A DNA stretch of 64,000 nucleotides from a virus. Where the stretch lies: positions 64,001 through 128,000 of IMG/VR virus record IMGVR_UViG_3300030430_005376; one strand, 5' to 3'. Positions 28,728 to 35,780 of the stretch are shown here, in pieces. The notes beneath the pieces were generated by a model. It did not search any database. It was not told the origin of the DNA and worked only from the letters and a program-made list of their open reading frames with translations. Positions within the stretch are counted from its first letter, which is position 1. Each line of letters opens with the position of its first letter. A program made the position numbers and the translations under genes.

Positions 28728-29192
28728 CTACGGTATTCTGCGAGATGCTACTTGAGTAGTTATCTCTCTTATGTCATAAAATTTACTTATGACGGATTTT
28801 ACTTTTTCTACGTCAAAACTTTTGCATGAGTAACAGTCAAATGAAAAATACTCTAACTCAGGAAAGGTGTGGATACTCAAGTGAGATTCAGCGATCATGG
28901 CAAACGATGAGTAACCGTATGACTCATTTTTTCTTTCTTGTAGCTTATTTCTCAGGTCTTTTGCTGATTTGCTCTCGCCAAGACCTTCAGATTCAAGATC
29001 CTGCAACACTCTTTTCATTTCGCAAGTTGCGTGAGGAAACTTAACTGTCACAGGAGGCAATATCATTGTCATGTCAATTTCTTCTATGATGGCTTCGAGC
29101 ATGCTCACACCAACCTCAGGAGAAACTAAAGACTCTGGGTTCTTCACGACTGCGTCTATCATCAAGTGTAAACCGTCGTATTCAAAACTCAT
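28728..29192 (-). CDS. speD: S-adenosylmethionine decarboxylase proenzyme (pyruvoyl-dependent, SpeD family)
   Basis: GLHLMID, IAESHLSIHTFPE (self-cleavage motif E-SH), FDCYSCKSFD. Confidence 0.9.
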   Translation of the reverse strand: MSFEYDGLHLMIDAVVKNPESLVSPEVGVSMLEAIIEEIDMTMILPPVTVKFPHATCEMKRVLQDLESEGLGESKSAKDLRNKLQERKNESYGYSSFAMIAESHLSIHTFPELEYFSFDCYSCKSFDVEKVKSVISKFYDIREITTQVASRRIP

Positions 29193-29797
29193 GTCTTAGC
29201 TCCTAACACTTTAAATAGGTTTTTTCTGCCCAAATTACCTGTCCAGTGACAAGAAGAACAGCCAAAGACCAAATCAAAACTAGGTAAGTTATCTAGATTG
29301 AAATCATAGACTTCTTCTGTTTCAAACTTTAAACTCATGCCTTTAGGAAAATTTTCAGAATCTTTGTTTCTAAACCAAGTGTACTTTATAATAGGGCTGT
29401 CTTGTAAAAAGTAAACCCAGTTACCCTCGTCTAACTCATCAATTGAATGCCATCCTTCATAGTACACGTCGTGATGATGATCAAAATTAAAAATGCTAAA
29501 AGGCTCATCTTTCGGCAAGAAAGGTAATATTTGATGGTGATGTTCTGCTATTACAACAGGGGTGTCTATGCTGGTTTTTTCTCTAATAACACTTTTCAAC
29601 AATTCTATTTTTGATTGATTTACTTCGGGTGTTGGCAGATTATTTTCTTTAAAAATCTTCATCTGCTCTAGCAGAGATATTTTACTGCCTTCAACATAGT
29701 CTTCGTAGACGGAAATTGTAGGACTATACGCATAATCAATGTCGATAGAGAGTATATTCACGAAACGCTTCTTTTTAATTTTAAAATTCTGATACAA
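29189..29797 (-). CDS. UPF0489 / arginase-deacetylase-fold metal-dependent hydrolase
   Basis: ILSIDIDY, EHHHQI, NFDHHHD, EGNW, FGCSSCHW; start may be GTG at 29761. Confidence 0.65.
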   Translation of the reverse strand: MYQNFKIKKKRFVNILSIDIDYAYSPTISVYEDYVEGSKISLLEQMKIFKENNLPTPEVNQSKIELLKSVIREKTSIDTPVVIAEHHHQILPFLPKDEPFSIFNFDHHHDVYYEGWHSIDELDEGNWVYFLQDSPIIKYTWFRNKDSENFPKGMSLKFETEEVYDFNLDNLPSFDLVFGCSSCHWTGNLGRKNLFKVLGAKT

Positions 29798-30110
29798 CAG
29801 AATATTGAGTGTTGCCTATTTTTTTATACTCAAGTGATTTTGTTCGCTTTAAAGTGCGGTTAACCAAATTAGGATTTTCCTCAAGATGGCGCACTATCTT
29901 TCCTCTGGCGTTAGAATCTGCAGCAGTCCTTGCCAAGCTTGTCATTCCAGGTGCAATAGGTGCACTTCCTAAAGCCATAAGCTTACCATCTTTCTCAACA
30001 ACTTCATCGGGATCATGATCCCAAAAACCTGCGAGGTCTGCATTTTGTTCGTCAATCTTGTCTATTGTTTCAACAATAATCTGCCTTAATTGCCTACGTG
30101 TTATTTTCAT
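29781..30110 (-). CDS. Small protein with MKITRRQLRQII-E leader; LPP20-like domain possible
   Basis: N-terminus MKITRRQLRQIIVE; AGGAG SD upstream. Confidence 0.75.
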   Translation of the reverse strand: MKITRRQLRQIIVETIDKIDEQNADLAGFWDHDPDEVVEKDGKLMALGSAPIAPGMTSLARTAADSNARGKIVRHLEENPNLVNRTLKRTKSLEYKKIGNTQYSVVSEF

Positions 30111-30117
30111 TGTAAAA

Positions 30118-30537
30118 TTACTCTCCTCTCAAAGCTGATTTTTTAATCATGACTTTGACCATATCTCTGTTGTCTAGACGACTTGGATGTATCAGGAAAT
30201 CAATGTCGTCGTCTTTTAAGTTGTGTCTTCGAGCAACTTGCTTAAAAATAGCGCTGAGACCTGATATGCCTCCGAGTCGGTCCCGCACTCTAGAGTCCAG
30301 TGCCCCCTGCTTTACAAAAGTTAACACAACTAATCCTCTTCCGCCAAGAAGCTTATTAGAAGGAGGTGATCCTTTCCTATAGTTGAGCTTAGGAAGAGCA
30401 GCATCGATGGTCTTGTAAAGATCGTCTATAATAGGTTCTGCTCTTTTTTCTAATTCTTCATAGTCTGCTACACCTGTCAATCGAGTAGGGAGTGCTTCGG
30501 AAATTATCTGCCTTAATTGTCTACGTGTGATCTTCAT
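30118..30537 (-). CDS. Small basic protein with MKITRRQLRQII-E leader
   Basis: N-terminus MKITRRQLRQIISE; overlaps the upstream stop codon by 4 bp. Confidence 0.75.
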   Translation of the reverse strand: MKITRRQLRQIISEALPTRLTGVADYEELEKRAEPIIDDLYKTIDAALPKLNYRKGSPPSNKLLGGRGLVVLTFVKQGALDSRVRDRLGGISGLSAIFKQVARRHNLKDDDIDFLIHPSRLDNRDMVKVMIKKSALRGE

Positions 30538-30851
30538 TTTATTTCTGGTCCAATATGCATTCTAATTTGAGTTACAATACCGTTGAGTCTACCTCTAACT
30601 CTTTTGCTCATTTCTTCTCTTCTTAACATAGAATCAATATCCCGCGCAATCATTTCAAGTCGCATTCTGTCGTCAACTGGAGGCTTGCGAGGTCTATCTG
30701 ATTTAAAAGCTGGATCATCCAATCCGAACTGGCCACCTGGTGGAATTGCTCCGGTGTCGCTCGACAGTGGCGCTTTGTATCCAGGTCCCGGGCCGTCTCC
30801 TGGAAAAGATTCTTCAATGATCTTTCTCAACTCTTCACGCGTGATTTTCAT
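30534..30851 (-). CDS. Small Pro/Gly-rich protein with MKITREELRKII-E leader
   Basis: N-terminus MKITREELRKIIEE; 4-bp overlap coupling. Confidence 0.75.
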   Translation of the reverse strand: MKITREELRKIIEESFPGDGPGPGYKAPLSSDTGAIPPGGQFGLDDPAFKSDRPRKPPVDDRMRLEMIARDIDSMLRREEMSKRVRGRLNGIVTQIRMHIGPEIK

Positions 30852-31081
30852 TTTTTACATCCTTTAGGTAGTTGTGATTTAAGTTCTTTTTTGTAAACTT
30901 CTAGTTTTGGTTGTTCCCACTTGAGACGCGGACAGTACTCCTTGTGATCTTCTTTGTCTTGCAGAAAAAGTTCGAGCGCTTTAGCAGATCGCTCGAGGTC
31001 GTTGGCTTGTTGAGCAAAAGTGTATGTAGCTCCAAAAAGTGTGCCTGTTAAAACACACGTTACAAAAGTCACAGCCCTCAT
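30848..31081 (-). CDS. Small protein with signal-peptide-like N-terminus
   Basis: MRAVTFVTCVLTGTLFGATYTFA hydrophobic leader followed by a polar region; coupled overlaps on both sides. Confidence 0.6.
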   Translation of the reverse strand: MRAVTFVTCVLTGTLFGATYTFAQQANDLERSAKALELFLQDKEDHKEYCPRLKWEQPKLEVYKKELKSQLPKGCKK

Positions 31082-31347
31082 TCTGTCACCAGCCTTTCAA
31101 TTCTACTCAGAATTTCTCTAACGTGTCCAAGATCGCTCTGAACTTTAATAAGAGTCTTTGTTGCTTCTTCTTGCTCTTCTACAGCTTCTTCTAATTCTGC
31201 AACGTGGCGCTCAAGATCACCTAAATCATTTCTAAGCTGAGCTACTTCTACGTTGACAGTCCACACCCAACCTGCAAGAGGCAAGACAAGTGCTGACATG
31301 AGAAGTGATACTGCCTTCCAAACATCGTCTTTAGTTATAGCTGCCAT
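31078..31347 (-). CDS. Single-TM plus coiled-coil membrane protein
   Basis: AVSLLMSALVLPLAGWVWTV transmembrane segment followed by heptad-like charged helix. Confidence 0.7.
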   Translation of the reverse strand: MAAITKDDVWKAVSLLMSALVLPLAGWVWTVNVEVAQLRNDLGDLERHVAELEEAVEEQEEATKTLIKVQSDLGHVREILSRIERLVTE

Positions 31348-31348
31348 C

Positions 31349-31561
31349 TTATTCTCCTTTTAATGCTTTGCTTCTCTCAACAGCCCGAAGCTGTTTGAGA
31401 GCTTTTTTATAAGACATAGGTTTCTTAGAAAGTGCTTTTCGAGTCTTTCTACCCTTTTGTGGTTTCTTAGGGTAGACTTTGTAACCGCCCTTGACCTTTC
31501 TTATTTCTTCATCAACAATGTTTCTTATAAGTTCCCTTAAAAGGGCTGCTGGGACCTTCAC
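31349..31561 (-). CDS. Small basic protein (possible head-internal DNA-binding)
   Basis: MKVPAALLRELIRNIVDEEI leader, then Lys/Arg-rich; GTG start with GGAG SD. Confidence 0.7.
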   Translation of the reverse strand: MKVPAALLRELIRNIVDEEIRKVKGGYKVYPKKPQKGRKTRKALSKKPMSYKKALKQLRAVERSKALKGE

Positions 31562-31630
31562 AGATGACTCCTGGTGAACTTAAAAACCTTTCTAATATAG
31601 ATAGGCGGCAGAGATTTAAAGTACCTTGGA

Positions 31631-31660
31631 AAACAAATCAAGCAGCCTAAAGGGCTGCTT
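31631..31660 (-). terminator. Probable intrinsic terminator
   Basis: Stem AAGCAGCC/GGCTGCTT, 5-nt loop, followed by GATTTGTTTT on the minus strand, downstream of 31690..32025. Confidence 0.65.
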
Positions 31661-31689
31661 GAAGTTGCGAAATTTAAGTAATTCAGAGA

Positions 31690-32025
31690 TTACGTTAAAG
31701 ATCTTCCTACAATCCACTTATCAGTTTGATAAACGCAGACGGCCATGTCACCGATGTTAGTTAAAGTAAGATCTCCTGTAGATGCGTTTGTACCCTTAAG
31801 TAGAACGTTATCTGCAGTTGTTGTTATAATAATTTTAACTGCGCCGTCTTCGGCTGTTGCTGGCAAAACTAATCCGCCGCCGGCGATGGCTGCTGTAGCG
31901 ATAGTTAAAAATGTTGTAGCATCTAAGTTACCTGGGGCTGCAACTGAAGTAATGCTGTTGAGCTCGACACCCGCACCAGAGGCTTGAACCAGACCTTTGG
32001 CAGCTGTATAAGTTACTTTTGGCAT
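31690..32025 (-). CDS. Putative head decoration / small virion protein
   Basis: Ala/Thr/Gly-rich beta protein (MPKVTYTAAKGLVQ...); perfect AGGAGG SD and its own terminator suggest high expression. Confidence 0.55.
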   Translation of the reverse strand: MPKVTYTAAKGLVQASGAGVELNSITSVAAPGNLDATTFLTIATAAIAGGGLVLPATAEDGAVKIIITTTADNVLLKGTNASTGDLTLTNIGDMAVCVYQTDKWIVGRSLT

Positions 32026-32040
32026 AATATCCTCCTAAAT

Positions 32041-32097
32041 TGTTCGCAAGATTCCGATACGCTGGCGAGATCAGCTTATTATGCTTGTACCGGGCCT
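32041..32097 (-). ncRNA. Candidate structured 5' leader RNA
   Basis: CCGGTAC pairs with GTATCGG (one G-U), enclosing a GCTG/CAGC hairpin; possible CAAG/CTTG pseudoknot just upstream of the SD. Confidence 0.3.
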
Positions 32098-32113
32098 GCT
32101 TTAAATAGGCTTT

Positions 32114-32329
32114 CTATTTTAATTTTTCATTAATAGTTTGTGCCCAAGACCAACCTGGGTTTTTTGTCAACGCTTCTATAAGTACGTCAACTCTTGGATC
32201 TCCTCCTGATGCAGGCCTCTTTGCCAATGCTGCTTTCAGAGCAGCAACTTCTTTTCTGAGTGCTGCAACATCTCTTTCACATTTTGCGCAGCACTCCTCG
32301 GCGCTCGCTGCTTGACTTTTTCTTGGCAT
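32114..32329 (-). CDS. Small coiled-coil protein with CCxxC
   Basis: 71 aa, GGAGG SD, heptad VAALRKEVAALKAAL. Confidence 0.7.
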   Translation of the reverse strand: MPRKSQAASAEECCAKCERDVAALRKEVAALKAALAKRPASGGDPRVDVLIEALTKNPGWSWAQTINEKLK

Positions 32330-32397
32330 TTTTTCCTCCGATATTTGAAATGCTTCGTTATAAGTATCATACTAACCACTATTTTTCCGGAGTTAAA

Positions 32398-32727
32398 ATG
32401 ATCATAAGAAACAGCAGAGTTCCCCAATGGCTTTCAATCGTGATAGATGTTTACGCAATAGCTTTGTGGCCTTTTATATTCATAAGAGACGAAGGAGATG
32501 TGACGACAGTTAACCATGAAAAAATCCACTTGCGTCAACAAGTGGAGTTATTAATCGTTGGATTTTATCTTCTGTATGCTTTTTATTGGCTTAGAAGTTA
32601 TCTTAAGCAAGGTGACAAAGCCCAAGCTTACTACGACATACCTTTTGAAAAAGAAGCGTACGCTTATGACAATGATCTAAAGTACCTTGAAAAGAGAAAA
32701 AACTACGCTTGGCTTAACTTCCTGTAG
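32398..32727 (+). CDS. Small HExxH zincin-like protein with hydrophobic segments
   Basis: LWPFIFIR...NHEKIHLRQQ...NIPFE-like DIPFEKEAY; ATG at 32398 with GGAG SD (track start 32260 overlaps the divergent gene). Confidence 0.75.
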   Translation: MIIRNSRVPQWLSIVIDVYAIALWPFIFIRDEGDVTTVNHEKIHLRQQVELLIVGFYLLYAFYWLRSYLKQGDKAQAYYDIPFEKEAYAYDNDLKYLEKRKNYAWLNFL

Positions 32728-33142
32728 AGCCAAAACCACCAGTTCCGCGGTCTGATTCTGAAAGTTCTTCAACTTCTTCAAGTTCGATTTGAGGTCTCTC
32801 TACTATCATGATCTGCCCAATTTTATTACCAGATACGTAACTTGGTAAACTTTTCGCCTCTTCTAACTCAAGAAATTTTAGCATTATCTCGCCTCGATAA
32901 TTACTGTCAATTACGCCCACGCTGTTTCTCAAGCTTAAATTTGTTTTGGACACTGAACTTCGAGGGAAGACTAATCCTACATGCCCAGCAGGTATCTCTA
33001 TTGCGATACCTGTTCCGTACACGAAATTGCCTAAATCATCTATCTTTAACCAAGCTGCGTAAAGATCTAAACACGCATCACCCTCTAAAGAGTAGTGCGG
33101 TGTTTTTGCATTTGGGTGTAGCTTCTTAAATTTAACTTTCAT
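32714..33142 (-). CDS. dut: dUTPase (trimeric)
   Basis: ACLDL, GTGIAIEIP, FPRSS, GVIDSNYRGEI, KIGQI, RGTGGFGSTG. Confidence 0.97.
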   Translation of the reverse strand: MKVKFKKLHPNAKTPHYSLEGDACLDLYAAWLKIDDLGNFVYGTGIAIEIPAGHVGLVFPRSSVSKTNLSLRNSVGVIDSNYRGEIMLKFLELEEAKSLPSYVSGNKIGQIMIVERPQIELEEVEELSESDRGTGGFGSTGS

Positions 33143-33371
33143 TTCGACCCATTACAAAGTTGAACATACGGTCTGCTTCTTCGATAATCTGCTGAATTGA
33201 AACATTATCGTATTGTTTGTGTGTTTCCCACTTCATAGCTGCTTTGCCTAGAAGTATGTCCTTAGACAAGTTAAGAAGTTCCATTCTTAATGACTCTTCT
33301 GGTGTGAGAGAAGGTGGCCCAGGAACAACAACAACTTGACTTTCTTCATTTTCTATTTGATCAATTAACAT
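33132..33371 (-). CDS. Small helical phage protein, paralog of 33465..33668
   Basis: LRMELLNLSKDIL...IIEEADRMFNFV versus LRTDLLGMAMGIV...IIAEAEKLYAFV. Confidence 0.75.
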   Translation of the reverse strand: MLIDQIENEESQVVVVPGPPSLTPEESLRMELLNLSKDILLGKAAMKWETHKQYDNVSIQQIIEEADRMFNFVMGRNES

Positions 33372-33387
33372 TTAAACTCCTAAGATA

Positions 33388-33416
33388 ATAGTAACAAGAT
33401 TTTGTGACAAATACAC
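33388..33416 (-). promoter_or_regulatory. Sigma70-like promoter GTGTAT-N17-TACTAT
   Basis: 17-nt spacer with TG extension, upstream of the SD of 33132..33371. Confidence 0.55.
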
Positions 33417-33443
33417 AAAAAAAAGGCACCTAAAAGGGTGCCT
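33417..33443 (-). terminator. Intrinsic terminator
   Basis: AGGCACC/GGTGCCT hairpin followed by a long T run on the minus strand. Confidence 0.85.
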
Positions 33444-33464
33444 ACAAAAGAAAAGTAAATTGTT

Positions 33465-33668
33465 CTACTTCTTTTGAACGAATGCATAAAGCTTTTCAGC
33501 TTCAGCAATAATATCCTCAGTTGTGAAAGGTGCCACTGGTTGACGTGTACCTTCTGGCTTTAGATGTTCATTTTCAAACTGACGTTGAACTCTTTCTGAG
33601 ACAATTCCCATTGCCATACCGAGCAGATCTGTGCGGAGCTCGAAACCGTTTCTGTTTGCATCACCCAT
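33465..33668 (-). CDS. Small helical phage protein
   Basis: NGFELRTDLL...FTTEDIIAEAEKLYAFV; AAGGAG SD preceded by a CA-rich leader. Confidence 0.8.
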   Translation of the reverse strand: MGDANRNGFELRTDLLGMAMGIVSERVQRQFENEHLKPEGTRQPVAPFTTEDIIAEAEKLYAFVQKK

Positions 33669-33718
33669 TTTATTCTCCTTTGTGTGTGTATGTGTGACGA
33701 AGCCTAAGCTTCAAAAAA

Positions 33719-33747
33719 ATTATATTAATCATTCTTAAGCTCGTAAA
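33719..33747 (-). promoter_or_regulatory. Sigma70-like promoter TTTACG-N17-TATAAT
   Basis: Consensus -10 and 17-nt spacer, directly after the capsid terminator. Confidence 0.65.
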
Positions 33748-33749
33748 AC

Positions 33750-33776
33750 AAAAAAGGCACCCCGAAGGGTGCCTTT
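33750..33776 (-). terminator. Intrinsic terminator after major capsid gene
   Basis: AAAGGCACC-CTTCGG-GGTGCCTTT followed by T run on the minus strand. Confidence 0.9.
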
Positions 33777-33795
33777 ATAAGACCTAGAAGTTATC

Positions 33796-35733
33796 TCAGA
33801 TAACGTCCATGTCGAGGCAGGTAACAGTACCGTAGAAGTCAGCGCGAACCATCTTCTTCCCGTAGCGGGTCATCACGCCCTTACGGGGTGTGAAGTCTTC
33901 GGGAGCGAAGATCGTCGGTGTGACGATGAGTGGTACGTAAGGAGCGTAGACGTAACCAGTCTCGAGGTAGGAACCTCCCTTGTAACCAACAAGAATCTTG
34001 TTGCGGGGGAAGTATGGGTCCTTGTAGACTGTGAAACGGTTGCTCAAGCTACCGATTGCTGCTGCACCGAGTGAGAACTCAGAACCGACCTGACCCTGAC
34101 CATCGATCTTGATGGAGGGCTTGTAGAGGACAGAAGCTTCGAAGATTGTAGCAACTTCAGGTGAGCACACGATGAAGTTTGCTGAACCACGAAGTGTCTT
34201 TCTGTGGATCTCGTTTGCAACGTCGATGATGGTTTCAACGAGAGTCTCGTACCATTCGCGGACGGTACCAGTAAACTGAGGACCTGTTGCGAGTGAAGAT
34301 GCGAGCTCAACGGATGCACCGCTTCTCTTGTTAACGAACTTACCGGGTGAACGTGACCAGAAGAAGTTCGCGCCACGAGCTTCAACGAGAAGGTCGTTGA
34401 GGATCTCACGGTCAATTTCAAGAGCGATCTGCTCAGAGAGGATCTGAGTGAGCTCGACCTCAGCGTCCATGCTGTGGTAAGCGTTCAGGTCCTGAGCGAG
34501 TTCTGGTGACCAACGAGCACGAAGCTTACGTGTGGTAGCTGTGACCGCGATGGACTCGATCTTGATGTCAATCTCAGGGATGACAGGCTGTGGTGAAGAC
34601 TCAAAGTTCGACTCAAAGGTAGGAATGGTGAGTGTTCCACCAGTGCCACCTTCTGCCTCAACTCTATCAGCGACAGCGAACGAAGCTGTAAGGTTTGTCG
34701 CCGCGTTGTGAAGAGCGCTTTCGACACCCTGCATAACGAAGAGCACACCGGTGTCAAGGTTGCCTGCAGCAGTGCTGGCAAGTGGGTTTGGAGTGAACTT
34801 AACAGAGCCTGCTGCACCAGTCATGGTACCAAGCTGGTTGAGACGACGAACGTTAAGAATACCGCTACCACCCTGCACGTTTGATGCAGGAACTGAGTAG
34901 TCTGCAACTGCGCCATCATCTGTGGCAGAGAAGAGAGCGATTGACTTAACAGCAGTAGGATCAAGTCTCTTGCCAGTGCCGCCAGTAAGAACAGAAGCTG
35001 AAACGATTAAGAACTGGTAGTCGAAGTCGCGATCAACGATGTGTTGTGTAACCTGTGGGTCGAACTGGATAAGCTTTCCGTCTGAACCACTAGTGGTAAT
35101 TCTACCAGTAGAATCAACAACCTGCTGTGATCCACCACCATATGCACCGTTGTAAACAACGAACTCTGCTGATGTACCTGTCAGTCTGACTCCTTCGTGA
35201 ACGCGTGAGTAGGTAGTGCCAACGAGGTCGTACTGGCCACCTGTAGCATCAGAACCTGTGCGAACGGAAGAACCTGCTGGGTTGTTGTAAAGTGAGTCGC
35301 CCTTGTTGAAAGTAGCATCAGTACCTGCGAGGTCGCGGGAGGATCCTGACTCAAGAACGTCATCACCACCAACGTCTGAACCGTAGGTGTAGTCAAGGTA
35401 GAAGAGCAGACCGGAAGGAAGGCTCATGGGCTGAATTGAGACGAGCTCGTTTGCAACCAGACCGCCGAAAACGCGACGAACGATTGGGAACGCGATGTTT
35501 GAGAAGCCGTCAATCTGACCGGCTGATCCGCCGCTGCCGAGAACGTTAGCTTCACGAAGAACCTGGGCTGCCTGGTTCTCGAGAAGACGTGACATAGTCT
35601 CGCGACCTTGATCGCCGAGACCACGAAGTAGACCGGTACGGGTCCACTTCTCCATCAGTCTGTTACTTTCAGCACCAACGTGACGATCACGGATGCCTTC
35701 AGTTAACTGGTTTAAAGTAAATGAACGTGACAT
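33796..35733 (-). CDS. Major capsid protein (T4 gp23-like)
   Basis: PIVRRVF..LVANELVSIQPMSLPSGLLFYLDY, TRKLRARWSPELAQDL.AYH..DAE.ELT..LSE.IALEIDREI, YAPYVPL, PRKGVMTRY. Confidence 0.97.
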   Translation of the reverse strand: MSRSFTLNQLTEGIRDRHVGAESNRLMEKWTRTGLLRGLGDQGRETMSRLLENQAAQVLREANVLGSGGSAGQIDGFSNIAFPIVRRVFGGLVANELVSIQPMSLPSGLLFYLDYTYGSDVGGDDVLESGSSRDLAGTDATFNKGDSLYNNPAGSSVRTGSDATGGQYDLVGTTYSRVHEGVRLTGTSAEFVVYNGAYGGGSQQVVDSTGRITTSGSDGKLIQFDPQVTQHIVDRDFDYQFLIVSASVLTGGTGKRLDPTAVKSIALFSATDDGAVADYSVPASNVQGGSGILNVRRLNQLGTMTGAAGSVKFTPNPLASTAAGNLDTGVLFVMQGVESALHNAATNLTASFAVADRVEAEGGTGGTLTIPTFESNFESSPQPVIPEIDIKIESIAVTATTRKLRARWSPELAQDLNAYHSMDAEVELTQILSEQIALEIDREILNDLLVEARGANFFWSRSPGKFVNKRSGASVELASSLATGPQFTGTVREWYETLVETIIDVANEIHRKTLRGSANFIVCSPEVATIFEASVLYKPSIKIDGQGQVGSEFSLGAAAIGSLSNRFTVYKDPYFPRNKILVGYKGGSYLETGYVYAPYVPLIVTPTIFAPEDFTPRKGVMTRYGKKMVRADFYGTVTCLDMDVI

Positions 35734-35780
35734 GTTTTAACTCCTTTATGTAAAATTATGTCTATAAGTTTGTGAACAGT

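Noticed and set aside
26513-29797. DNA base-hypermodification role for the transferase/polyamine cluster
   Set aside because: No nucleotide kinase, hydroxymethylase, aGPT-Pplase or thymidylate-synthase-like partner is visible in this window, so it is unsupported here, though not excluded genome-wide.
32260-32397. N-terminal extension of the plus-strand HExxH ORF in the track
   Set aside because: Overlaps the divergent gene 32114..32329 and its promoter; ATG 32398 has a proper SD.
33677-33700. TG/CA dinucleotide-like run (tgtgtgtgtatgtgtg) as a repeat array or CRISPR remnant
   Set aside because: Too short, no spacers; better explained as an unstructured CA-rich translational leader before the SD.
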